Source of the DNA: Vicugna vicugna
Taxonomy: Eukaryota
Direction: 5' to 3'
Length of the DNA stretch: 64,000 bases
Assembly (NCBI GenBank): GCA_013265495.1
Contig: MU058153.1
Location: 994,001-1,058,000, forward strand
Part shown: positions 26,783-38,984 of the stretch, one piece after another
How positions within the stretch are numbered: position 1 is the stretch's first letter
Layout: each line of letters begins with the position of its first letter
Position numbers and translations under genes: made by a program
The notes under the pieces: model-generated
Told to the model about the DNA's origin: nothing
Database searches by the model: none
Seen by the model: the letters and a program-made list of their open reading frames with translations, nothing else

Positions 26783-28325
26783 TAAATTTATTGTCTCCTA
26801 AAAACATTTAATAAACCTTAAAAAAACATACATTGTTTTATCCTCTCTTTAACCTAAAGACCAGTGATGTTTTAGACACTGCCCAAGGTCTTTAGTTATG
26901 AAATATTCACCGTAACTGTCATATGGAACAGATTGCACCAAGCACTCTTCCAGACCGAATATTTCAAATTAATCCACTTTATTTTAAGTCAACACACATA
27001 TTTCTTTGACGAAAATAATCTCAAACAATCAAAACAAGAACAAGGGAGAGGCAAAATGGAAGTGGTATCAGTGAGTTTCACAATGGTGCTCAAAAAATTA
27101 TTACTGTTATTGCTGGATTATTTATAACAGACAAAAAAATCAAAGTCATTTGTCACAACCTCATATTGACTATTTTGTTTTTGCTTTCTCGTGTTCTTTC
27201 CCAATGTATTATCACAGTTGAGCATCACAGCGACCCAATGAGAGAGGAAGGGCAGATTTTTATTAGAGAAGGCATGTGTTATTTTGGTCCTTTGACCTAT
27301 TTTATTACAGGGTTCAACTCTTCAATTTTCTCTAGGGTAAACCTGGGTAGTTGCTTAGTGGCTGCTTGCCAGCTGCTCAAAGGTTTTAGATGATTTTTCA
27401 AGGGGGTACTTCACTATTTCTAAATTCTCTGTGAGATATGAAGGTATACAGAGTGAATGAGTTAGGCAGAAACCCAAGAGGATGAAGTTTTCAGCGAATA
27501 CAATGCTTAAGATTAGGCTTTAGTGACATAGATATATTTAGGTTTATCTTTCACTGATTAGAATCTGGATAAACATTTCCTCTTTGAACTAAAGAATAAC
27601 AAATGAATACTTTGACAAAATGTGTAAATCAGTTTTTTAAATGAGCGGTATCTGTCCAATGAATGTTTCCCTAGGAACTTGTCTGTAAGACACTACTTTC
27701 AAAAACATGGTCTTATCCCATTTTACAAAATAATTCTGGGACTCATCTCTCAGAATTACCTTCAGAATCAATTTACAAGAGACATGAAGACATATCTTAT
27801 TACCCTACAACTGGAACATATTCTTAACTCAAATGAATTAACCCAACTCGAACATTTACCTTCCTTTTTATTAGTCTTAAATTGTTTGTGTCAATCTCCT
27901 AACTCAAATCTTTCCCTAATATGATGTTAAAGATAATCACATCAAATGCTGTATATTCCTTTTCAAATCAAATTCCAAAAATGTTATAGCCTAAAGTAGA
28001 ATTTCTGGAGGAAGAATATTATTTGCACAAGTAAGAAATAAAAACAAGGCAGATTATTGAACAACTTGGAAATTCACATCTTCTGTATAGATTTACACTT
28101 ACAACTTTGTTCCTGTGATAGAACATTCTGTCCAGTTATTTAAACTATGGTGCCATTTAAGCAGAGATCATTATTAATAGCAGAAGATTCAAGGGTTGGT
28201 AATTAACCAGCACCTCTGATTTAAAACAATAATAGGTCATTTGAGGACAGTAGTCTTTAGCCTATTAACATCTAAAAGTAATTCCTGATTAATGCAAACC
28301 AGTGGTGAAACCAAGCTAAAAGGAC

Positions 28326-28328
<3 letters not shown>

Positions 28329-28357
<29 letters not shown>
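28329..28357. repeat. (TG)14 microsatellite
   Basis: perfect TG run read directly. Confidence 0.95.
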
Positions 28358-28360
<3 letters not shown>

Positions 28361-30654
28361 GTCTTTACTGTGATTGACAACACTATTATTTAGAATCATA
28401 TCTAATGAATGGGAATAATATACCCCAGGTTTATAAAAGATGCACAAATTCAATTAATAGTCTTTGTCACAGAGAACATGAGTAGCAGAGACTCTAAATA
28501 AGTAGACATTACCAACGTAACTGTTTGCCCCACATTTAACCTTCATGAACTGATTCTTGTGCCAATTACTAATTGCAGTGGGACACCCTAGAGGGAGGCA
28601 GGGATGCATGGGAATCAAATTAGTGCATTTAGGTTCGACTGAGTATTTTAGTTTGATCGAAGTCATTTTGTGACTGCTAATAAAGATGCTATGATTTTTG
28701 TTTTTCAAAGTGTGTGATTTGGTGGGATGAGCTCAGAGAAGAGTAAGAGGTAATAGTACATTCGTTTTCATCTATCTGCAAATGAGAGCAACCAGGGCGT
28801 AGCTTAAAGCAGAAGTCAGAATAAATGTAGCAAATACATTTGGACTTTGTCAGGGTGCAGTAATCATTGTTCCCAGTGATTCTGTCTTAAAACAGGGGAC
28901 CTGACACAATACTACTGGGGTGTGGTAAAAGGTGTCTGCAAGTAAATATGCAAAAACATAACGAAGGGAAGTGAATGTTGTTATTAATGAAACAAATTGA
29001 GAAGCTGACAGTGAGAAAGGAGGGTGGGGAGACTGATGTTTGGAAGCAAAATCAGTAATAACCATTTTAAGGAAGAAAAAATTGTTAGGCATGCAAGCTT
29101 TGGCTATAATAAATGAATGTAAAGGATTGTAAATCAATAATGTAATAAAGGGGGCAGAAAGCTAATGGCCCTTTTGTTTCAAATTGTAAATGACATTTTT
29201 GTATTCCACTGTGAACCATAAGTGATGGCTTTGTTAATTATGGCATAGAAAGCCTGCCATTTCACTTCTCTGACTACAACAATGTCTACCAAGCTTGGAC
29301 TTTATTTACACTGCATTTAGGTGCATTAAGGTGTAAACTAAGAGTTATAGTTATTCTGACATAAGGAGAACCAGTTTCCCAGGAAAAGATTTTTACCTTT
29401 GATGACTGGGGTGTGATTGACTAGTGGGGGAGCAAAATTAAGGACAAAACTAGTAAATAGGAACTTTGGCAAGAGGTAGTTAAAGACCAAGGTATTTTAA
29501 GATAATTTTGCTTTACTGAAAAGTCAGACCAGTTAGTCATTAATCCTTTGTGTTTCTAGGTATAGAGTACATTATGCCAAGTCTGAAAATGTCCTTATGG
29601 TAAAGGTGAGGGCTTGTTATTTGGAAAGCTTCCTGAATCTTCTGACAAGGGACAAGAAACCATCACAAAACTAATTAAATTAGAGAAAACAGAACGTCAT
29701 GCTTTAGTGGGCTGTTCTAAAGTGAAGACTTCAGGTGTTTCCTGAACCCATCATGAGTTGACTGTCAGTTGGTTAATATTATGTTGTGTATATTTTTGCA
29801 TTTCATAGATATGTATACATATTTTCATTGTACAAACGCTGCATCTTCCACTGTTTCCCTTTTTCTTCGTCCCTCCCTTGCCAGTCTTTATACCTGTTTT
29901 ACATCCATGAAATTTTACTGGCAACCTGCAGGTTTATTAGCCTTCCTTATTCAGGGGGAAAAAAAAACCCGCCTCTAATCAGTTTTCAATTTGCCAGCTC
30001 TCTGATTTTATCAAATGTTCTTTTACTCTAGGACACATTTGAAGAACTCTGTGTAAGGGTCAGTTTCAAAGAAGAGTCTCTAAATGCCATTTGTTATAAT
30101 GGTGTTTAGGAACAGAGCTCTGGTGATGATCCTTTTTATCTATTTTATAATATTTAAAATAGGGCAGACAGAGGCACTTAACCCTCCTGTGTGCCATTCA
30201 TCATTAGTGTAGCTCTGCTATCTTCCTCGGTATCGTCCTCTTTTCATATTAAATAGCTCTCGTCCTCTGAAACTCCTGTTAGGAAATGGCTTTACAGTAA
30301 TCACATCTCTTACCCTTCTCAAGATTTCTTTTCTATTCCTGCTTTGTCATCTTAGAAATTAGATGAGAAAAAGGAAACGTGTGTCAAATGAGGCCATTCA
30401 TTCACCATCACACATTTCTGAATTTTCTTTTCATTCGTCTATTTGTGGGTCCACAAAGAGGTCTGCGGTGCCAAAAATGCATTCAAAACATTGACGTTGC
30501 TAGAATGATAGAAGGTATGTTATATTTGAAGTTACCTAGAGATGAAAAATAATTTTTATGTAAGCAAATACCACATGTCTTGCCAAAGTACCATTTATTT
30601 GATGGATGTGTATCCCGTGAATTTGTTCAGAGTCAGCATGTTAGACGGATCCTA

Positions 30655-30750
30655 TCTAAGCCTTATTTTACAGATGGAGAACCTAGGCTACTCTGCTAAT
30701 AAACATCAGTGTTGGGATGCCTAACTCTCTGCCCTATAGTGTTTCCCCTG
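30655..30750 (-). mobile_element. MIR core fragment
   Basis: ccttattttacagatggagaacctaggc. Confidence 0.55.
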
Positions 30751-31127
30751 CATCCTGTTGATGCCCCTGGTATTGCCCTGATGGGTTGGCATAACTATTT
30801 ATAATTTAGAATGGATTATTTTTCTCAGTCAAGTGTTGTATAAGCAACTAACACCGTTCTAGCTCTAAGGTGGCAGGGGAGAGGACATAGTAGAAGGAAA
30901 GCATAATAACCTTTTCCTTTCTAAGTATAAGTTGGCCGCTTTATCACCTTGAGTCTCCTGATTGACACATTCCACACATAGCATTCCACTTGATCACAGC
31001 ATTCCATTTGATTGACATCTTTGAGTCAGTCTTAAAACCCTGAGAGTCCTTAGTTTTAAGAGCTTGAAGCTTTGAAATAATTGAGTAATAAGTATAATCC
31101 TAATAACACTTTAAATTTATATAGCAT

Positions 31128-31164
31128 TTATATATATATATACACATATACATAAGTGTGTGTG

Positions 31165-31214
<50 letters not shown>
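31128..31214. repeat. compound (TA)n/(TG)17 microsatellite
   Basis: TA runs flank a perfect TG run at 31173-31206. Confidence 0.95.
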
Positions 31215-32567
31215 ATCTGATCTAATTTTCAGCATAACCTAAAGAGGTATGAAAATATTTAAAATCAACGAATTCTTTTTTGAGAAAAAGAAACAAACTT
31301 TGTGACATTTTAGTGACTTCCTATATGTAAGGATGTTGGTGCATAACTGAGAGATGTCTAGAATCATTCTCCTAGTCTCCCCTGCCTGAATCTGTCACTA
31401 TCCTTTGCCATCTACCTTTGACTTCCCTTGATGCAACCTTGATGTGGCATTATATGTATTAAGTAATTCCAAATTTAACATTCAGTTGAAAATAGCAATT
31501 AACATATAATATTCAAAAGGATACACTTTATACTTGAAATTATTCCTAAGTGATTGTCATTTCAAATATCGCCCACATTTAGCCAATGGCCATCCATGGG
31601 TGGCTACTCTTTAATGTAGAATTTTCATTACTGCCATACCTTTATCACTGTCTCCATGTAAATATCTATGATATTTTTACAGCCGCCTTACTCCAAAAGA
31701 AACCAGTACATCTTAACCATACCAGGAAGCGTTTCAGTGTTTTGGGATCTACCCAGCCTTAATTCTAAGAAAACTTTCTATTTTAAGACCCATAACACTA
31801 TGTCATAATTCTCTCCATGGAGTTTTGTTTAAATGTGACCAAGATAAATGGAAGTATTTGAACTCTCTTTTATTTAGCAAAAGAGCTTTTAAACATCATG
31901 AACTTGAAAATATTAGAAGACTGAGTCAGACTAAGAGTTGAGTAAATACAATGACAAATTTTGTATTAACATTACATTTTTGTTTTCTCCTATTTATTTT
32001 TCAATTAATTAATCAATTTACTGTGCAAATAATGCAAATGAAATGTAAACTACAAGTCAGTGTATTGTTGGGCAAGTCCATGATTTATTGGCCACCTTTA
32101 CAAAATAATGCTGAGTCATTTTGTCATCTTCAACAATTACTCTGTTTTTATTAAATTTCTGAGTTTCTGCGTAAAGTAACAATAATGTTTCCAACAAATG
32201 AGGTCTTTATTGACATCACTTATGTTCCTCAAAAGTTTATAATTTCTTCATATGGATTTTGTACATTTATTTTATCTGTATTACTTACTAGATACTATTT
32301 TGTTTTGCATATTTTGAATTGGATTTTTTTCTTTCATCACTATTTCCTAAATGGTTATTCTTGTACAGTCCACATTCATTTTGTTAGATTAGCTCTATAT
32401 GTAGCATGATTTGCACAGCTCATTCTAGAAGCCTCAGAACAGATGGGATGGATTTAAATATAAGCAGCACTTGCTGGCTCTCACCCCTTGTAGAGACACT
32501 TGGAAGGAATCCAACACAAATCAACATCTAAGTACACATAGTATACACATACACACATTATTGAATA

Positions 32568-32568
<1 letters not shown>

Positions 32569-32602
<34 letters not shown>
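32569..32602. repeat. (TG)13(TA)n microsatellite
   Basis: read directly. Confidence 0.95.
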
Positions 32603-32603
<1 letters not shown>

Positions 32604-32905
32604 TTCTTTTTGAAGAGAGTTTTTCAGCTAACCATACATTTACAAGTATCTTTGCTTGTTTTTGTTCGAAGCCTTTTGCCCTGTCACTATGCAAAAATTT
32701 GTGAGATTAAGTAATGCTTACCTGAAACTTAAATCTTCATGGAAACAAGCTCACCATCTCATCTCAAAAATGCAAAGTTTAGTAGGGGATCAAGAGTGGG
32801 CCTCAGAAGAGGTTAGTGTGAACGATCCAGCAGTGAGAGGAGGTAAGAGGAAAAGAGAACAACAGAAAAAAAGACGTCAGACCATATTAAAACATCTATA
32901 TTTTA

Positions 32906-33042
32906 GGGAGAGGGTGAGGCTCAGTGGGAGAGTACGTGCTTAGCCCAGATGAGGTCCTAGATTCAATCCCCAGTACCTCCATTAAGACAAACAAACAAAC
33001 AAACAAATAAATAAACAAACCTAGCTCCCCCCAAAAAAAAAA
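32906..33042 (+). mobile_element. tRNA-derived SINE, camelid Vic-1-like
   Basis: gggagagggtgaggctcagtgggagagtacgtgcttagc...gaggtcctagattcaatccccagtacctcc carries pol III A- and B-box-like motifs, followed by an (AAAC)n/AAAT tract, cctagctccccc and an A-rich tail; this matches the camelid SINE architecture as I recall it. Confidence 0.85.
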
Positions 33043-33611
33043 ATTTTTTTAGACTATAAGTATGCAACAGGTAGCCAGGCTACCCTAGCAAGTCTACCTC
33101 TCATAACCCCTTCTTTAGCAAAGATTGATGAGTCCTAAATCATATATCTAATTCAAATAAATATCTCCTTTATTTTCAAAATGCATTAGACCTGTTTTTA
33201 CCCATGCTGGTATATACTACAGCAGAGGAGCAGATCAGAGCAGGGTGTGTTAAATCTGGATTCCCTAAATTGACAAAGAATACTCTCATGAGCCATGTTT
33301 GTACAAGAAAGCAAATTTACATTTACTTTCCCATTTTAGGAAATCATAGATCCAAACTCTTGACTGATCAACAAGCATGTTTAGTTTCCTATATTTTTAA
33401 TATTTTAATCTTTGTTAGACCAAACACATGGATCAGAATATATCTTTACACATCTATATACGCCACCACATTATCCTTGTCATCTTCTTTTCTTTAACTG
33501 CATTATCCTAAAGTAAAATAACTTTGACATTTCCAAATGAGATTTACAATTAGATACACATTTCCTCCATTTCATCTCTGTGGCTAAGCTGATTTTAGGA
33601 AGAATATTGAG

Positions 33612-34110
33612 ATTTCTGCTTCTGGCCATAATGAAATAGTTGGAATGAATTTATCTTCCTACCGTAAACAACTAGAGATTTGAACAAAAAAGTATAAGAC
33701 AGCTGTTTACACATGTTGGACAACAGGAAGCACAGAACTCATTGGTCCATGAGAGAAGAGAAACAAGATGATTTCTATTAGCAACTTGGATTTGCTTCCT
33801 AAATAATAGTGTGAATAGAGAACATCAGTCCTACCGAGTTGAGGCGACAAAGGTGGATATTTGTGGAGGCTGAAGTCATTTGACTTTGTAGGAGGGAGAA
33901 CTGGAGATAAGGGACTTGCACAAAGAAAGAGTGCAGGGTTCTTCTGTGGAGTCATCCTGCATCTGTTGCAGAATATTCATCCAGTATGAACAGATTGAAA
34001 CTGCATGCGCCCGAGCAAAGGGTGACTGGGAATTGTAGACTGAAAAATTCCTAGAGCACAAACAGGGCAAGAAGCTCAGCATGTTCTGATTAGTCAGATA
34101 ATAATTCAAG
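33612..34110 (+). mobile_element. ancient L1 5' UTR region (L1MD/MC-like 5' end)
   Basis: ttctgcttctggccataatg...ttatcttcctaccgtaaacaactag...ttggacaacagg resembles L1M 5' ends. Confidence 0.55.
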
Positions 34111-34159
34111 AATAATTTAAGAATTATTGAATTTCTGCCTTAAAATCCCATTTGAGGCC

Positions 34160-35050
34160 TGTTTCTAGCATATGTAAAGAACACTTACAACTGAAAAATA
34201 AAGTGGCTAAGAACCCAATCAAAAAAAACAATGGCAAAGACTTTGAATAGACATTTCACTAAAGAATTTGGCCAATGAACCTATGAAAAAGTGCTCAGCT
34301 TCACTAATCATCAGGAATATACAACGTAAAAACCACGGAGATACTTCCACATACCCAGTAGGATTACAAAAGTTAAAAAATAAATACTAATAATACCAAA
34401 TGTTCATGAAAATGTGGACCAATGTTCATGTAAAAATAAAATTGTTCAACCACTTTGGGAAAAGGCAAGGCAGTTTCTTGTAAAGTTAAACCATATTACC
34501 CAGAAATATAAACTCTAGGTATTTATACAAAAAAAGTCCACACAAAGACTCATGTAAATGTTCACTGCAACTTCATAATAGCCCTAAATCGGGAACAGCC
34601 CAAATATCCATCTACTGGTAAGTGGATAAATCAATTGCCATACGTTTTTACAATGGAATACCATTCATCAATGAAAGTAACAAACTGTCACTGCAAGAAA
34701 CAATATGCATCTCAAAATTACGCTGAATGAAAGAAGACAGACATGAAAGAATATGTGGCATGTGATTTCACATATGTGGAATTATAGAAAAGGTAAATCA
34801 AATCTGACCAACAGAAACCAGCAAATCAGTAGTTGTCTGGGGCCAGAAATGAGGTAGGTAATTGTCTGCAAGTACATGAGTGAACATTGTGGCTCTCGAC
34901 TTTTGAAGAAAAGAACAAGTTCTATATCTTGATTGTGGGAACGGTTACATGGATACGTGCATTTATCAAAACTCATCAAACTGGACACATGAATAAATAC
35001 AGAAATGGTCTATTTGAATGATTTAAAACTGTCCTCAAACTTGATTTAAA
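34160..35050 (+). mobile_element. ancient L1 ORF2 C-terminus and 3' UTR (L1MB-ME lineage)
   Basis: atggcaaagactttgaatagacatttcactaaagaa, atgaaaaagtgctcagcttcactaatcatcagg, caaccactttgggaaa, atttatcaaaactcatcaaactg. Confidence 0.9.
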
Positions 35051-36599
35051 GTTTAATAAAACCTATTTAAAGTCAGGCCAAGAAAATGAAAAGAAAAATA
35101 AACTTGCTTTCCTCACTGAAATAATTTTTGCCCGTAAGAAAGAAGAAATGGCTTATCTTTTGTAGTCCCACACCTTCATTATTTTCTGCTGTAAACTAAG
35201 AAAATAATTCTTGGACTATTAGGAATGGCATGGAATGTTTCCCTCTTGAGAGAAGGTTCTGCTCTGCCAACACATGTCAATACTGTTAATCTTATCATTC
35301 CTGAAAGTATGGTTTTAGACTGAAGAAGAGTAGTAGAAACTGTATAGTTTTCTTTTATGTGTAGTTTTGAACCACATGTTGGCTAATTCTATCTTGCTCA
35401 TAAGAAAGAACACAAAGCAGAAGGAGCAACCAGTGACAACTCTGTTGTGCTTCATAAACGCCTAGTCTGCACCATCCGGCTCTTTCAGGTCTTTACGAAT
35501 CATAGCAATCACATCAGGTGTCCTAAATCAGTATAGTTTTGTTGCTTATGTCAGGAATTGGGCAGTGTTTTGAGTCAGAGCAGCTCTGGTTTGCCAGATG
35601 AATGTAATTGAGAGATCGATTCTACCTGAAGCTTTGATGGAAGAAAGAAATGTCTCATACTAAGTGACTAAGCTACAGTTATGTTCTTACAGAAGCTGAT
35701 TACCTCCTTTAGATCATTGTGTGTGTGCCGCAAGGCATGACAAGCCAAGCCATACAACATGGCTGTTGGATTTCTCCCCAGGCTAGATCAGCCAGTGTCA
35801 GCCTTCCGCACTGTCTCCTGCTTCCCTCTCTGAAACTGCAGAAAGTGTAGGCAACCCCAGGAACAGTCACCTCTGGGAAAATGTCTCTTTATTCTCTAGA
35901 GAAGTCCTACGATGACAGTGATCCATCACCATCGTGTCAATCCCTGGACACTGTGAGTGCCTTATTGGTAACATGTGAAAATACAACAATATTGCCAAGT
36001 GGCAGAAGTCAAGAAAATAGTAGTTACACTCCAGATTTCTGAGGGGCTTCTAAAACACCAAGGATGGAAGTTTGTCTACAAATCATCCCAACGTTTACCC
36101 CAGGAACATTGTTTCACAGTTCCTCAGTGTGAAAGAAAACAGAACCATGGCACTCTTTCTTGATGCCTTATCTTAATACATGGCATTTGACCGAAAACTG
36201 GCCCTTTATGATGCCTTGTAAACGTGAACTTGAAGTTGCTCAATAGTCTGATGCTCTGTGAAAACGGAAGTCAGTTTTTCCTGTAAAAACTAACAAGTGT
36301 ATTTTGCTGAGTGCCTAATAGAATGTGATACATCTTTAGCAGAGTCTGTAAAACTCTGGTCAGCTTGTTATCTTCATAAAGAGATCTAGGGCCATATTGT
36401 CTCTTTAGACATCCACATGTAGTCAATTTCAACATCAATTTCAACACGCAGTTTCAACAGCAGGAAAGCTGATGCTGCATATGAGGCTTCATTCAGCTCA
36501 GCCTACCCCCATCCCACCCCCTCCTACCCCCACATATCAGATTAAGTGCCTTTCTCAAGGTAAAACAGCTAACTGCAAGCTTTTCCCAGGTTGTAGGAA

Positions 36600-36815
36600 G
36601 CGTGCTAAATGATTCCCATCCATTTTCTCACTTAATCCTCTAGAAGTATGATGCTGTCACTGTTAGCACTGCAATTTTCGAGCTGAAGACACAGGCTTCA
36701 AATTGTGGCATAAACCACCCTAGGACACGCAGCTAGTAAATGGCAAGCCCCAAATTTGATGCAAGGTTTATGAATTCAGTCAACGTGCTGGAAACACTCT
36801 AGCACTGTGTTCTCT
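36600..36815 (-). mobile_element. MIR SINE
   Basis: tctcacttaatcctctaga...ggacacgcagctagtaaatggcaagcc...aaatttga. Confidence 0.65.
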
Positions 36816-37114
36816 GCTATCACCCATGTTAGTGGCAGAGTCAGGACTACAACTAAACAGGATCATAAACATATTCCTCAACAGGTCTGTAATTGGATGA
36901 GTTTTATGTCATGAACTATTCCATTATGTATTGCTGTGCCACCTCAGGGGGAGATGCATGACACGGATACTCCTAAATGATGAACGAGCCAAAAATAATT
37001 TAGCCTTGAAATGTATTTTTATATGTAACAGTGAGCACTACTGCATATTATGCTCCAACCAGAGGAGTCTGCAAAGAATTTATTCTGGGAGAAATGAATA
37101 GTGTAGGTTTTTTA

Positions 37115-37466
37115 CAGCGGTCAGCAAACTCTTTTTGGTAAAGGACCAGATAGTAAATATTTAGACTTTGTGAGCCATATGGTGTCTGTTAGAACTACTC
37201 AGCTCTACCTTGGGAGGCATAATAGCCAGAGACATAAGCAGCCATAGGCAACTTGTAACGGACAAGCCTTGCTGTTTTCTAATAAAACTTTGTCTGTGGA
37301 CACTAACATTTGAATTTCACAAAATGTTCACATGTCATTAAATACAATTTTTCTTTTGTTTTTTTTTCAACCTTTTAAAAACACAAAAATCACTCTTAGT
37401 CTGCAAGCTATACAAAAACAGATGGCAGGCTGGATTTGAGCCAGGAGGCAAAGTTGGCTGACCCTG
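37115..37466 (+). mobile_element. MER58-type hAT-Charlie DNA transposon (MER58B-like), full length
   Basis: TIRs cagcggtcagcaaact (37115) and agttggctgaccctg (ends 37466); internal gtaaaggaccagatagtaaatattt and tacaaaaacagatggcaggctggatttg. Confidence 0.9.
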
Positions 37467-37854
37467 CTCTTCTGTATCACCAGTTATCTGTTGTCTGCCC
37501 TCAGTCTAATCTCACACTAATGTGAGGGGTTGGTCAAAACTGGTGGCTCCTCTTTCCTTCAGTTTCTTTCTTACCCTCTGCTTCACGTAACTCCCTTTTC
37601 TCCGTTCGTTTACTCTGAATGCATGCGTGTTTCCTGGTTCCCACCTTTCAAGGAAGATAACTCTAATGATTAATCGCCCCCCTGTCTCAGTTGCTTTGGG
37701 GAAGTTGGCTGATAAAGAAAGGAGAAGAATCTTGAAAGATTTTAATGAAATGACCAAAGAACTGATAAATAGGATATGGTAATTTGGACAAAAAGCAGGA
37801 CTCCACAACATCTGACTCTAATTTCCTTACCGATTTAGTGGACAATAGGGGTAT

Positions 37855-38350
37855 AGATCACCCAATCAAATGTGTGCTAAATATCTCCCACATACCAAGG
37901 ACTAGGCTAGGCCTTGAAGTATAATATGGAGCAAAATCAACATGGCTTACGGTCTCTTGGACTAGCAAGAATTAATCAAATAAATTATTATGTTAATTAT
38001 CATGTAAATTTAATTGTGTAAATCATCACTAAGTTAAAAATACATGAAGAACAGGTAAATAGTATTATAAGAATATGTAACAGGTATACGACCTTATCTG
38101 AGTACTCATGGAAGTCTTCCCAGTGGAAATGGCATTTGAACTGAGATCTGAAGGATGTAGAAGAATCGATTATCAAAGGAGGAGGTGAGAAATCACTTCA
38201 GCAGGACAAACCAGCCCAGGCAAGGCATTTTGAGAAACTGAAAACAACCAGTAGAGGTTAAATGTGAAAACCAAGGGGAAAGGCAATGAGACATAAGGTT
38301 ACAGAGATTTGTTGGGACCAAATCATGCAAGGATTTATAGGCTCTACTGA
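37855..38350 (-). mobile_element. L2 LINE, left part, interrupted by MLT2
   Basis: ggcatttgaactgagatctgaaggatg, ggaccaaatcatgcaaggatttataggc. Confidence 0.75.
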
Positions 38351-38417
38351 AGGAACATCATGTAGGGGAAAAAATAGTTCTTGGTCATTGGTGTTTATGA
38401 ATGGTGGGATATGTAGG

Positions 38418-38845
38418 AGTATGGTTAATTTTGTATGTCAATTTGGCTGGGTTACAGGGTGCTCAGATATTTGGTCAGACATCATTCTGGATGTGACCGT
38501 GAGAGTGTTTTGGTGAGATTACCATTTAAATCAGTAGACTGAGTAAAGCAGATACCCTTCATAATGTGGGTGACCCTCCACCAATTAGTTGAAGACATGA
38601 ATAAAACAAAAATGCATAGTAGGAGGAAACTTCACTTCCCTGAAAGATTGAGCTGAAATGTTGGTCTTTTCCTGCCTTGGAACTGGAACTTATATTATTG
38701 GCACTCTTGGTTCTCAGGTCTTTGGTTGTGGACTAGAATTATATCCCTAACTCTCCTGGGTATCCAGCTTGCCAGCTACCTTTGGGGACTGCTCGGCCTC
38801 CATAATCACACGAGCCTATACCTTATAATAAACCTCTTTATATAT
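38418..38845 (+). mobile_element. MLT2 (ERVL) solo LTR
   Basis: atggttaattttgtatgtcaatttggctggg...tcagtagactgagtaaagcagat...ctctcctgggtatccagcttgcc...cctccataatcacacgagcc...ataataaacctct; a TA/TG tract follows, as usual near MLT2 3' ends. Confidence 0.9.
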
Positions 38846-38869
38846 TAAATTAAAATAGGACAAAAGGAG

Positions 38870-38978
38870 ATATATATACTATTTATGTGTGTATATATAT
38901 ATATACACTAACATAAATAGTTTTATATACATATATGTATGTGTGTGTGTATATATATATAAATAAAATGCATATACT
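38870..38978. repeat. (TA)n/(TG)n compound low-complexity tract
   Basis: read directly. Confidence 0.85.
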
Positions 38979-38984
38979 AACAAA

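Noticed and set aside
30459..30514. Candidate exon ending at a strong donor AAG|GTATGT
   Set aside because: Poor acceptor; the open frame GLRCQKCIQNIDVARMIE is not recognisable.
32906..32980. tRNA gene
   Set aside because: The tRNA-like head is followed by a SINE body and A tail, and the B box is degenerate; it is a SINE.
36423..36460. Short tandem duplications (tttcaaca x3 here; gacttcaaaa x2 near 59716; ggtaaact x2 near 12593)
   Set aside because: Ordinary slippage products with no regular repeat-spacer structure, so not CRISPR-like.
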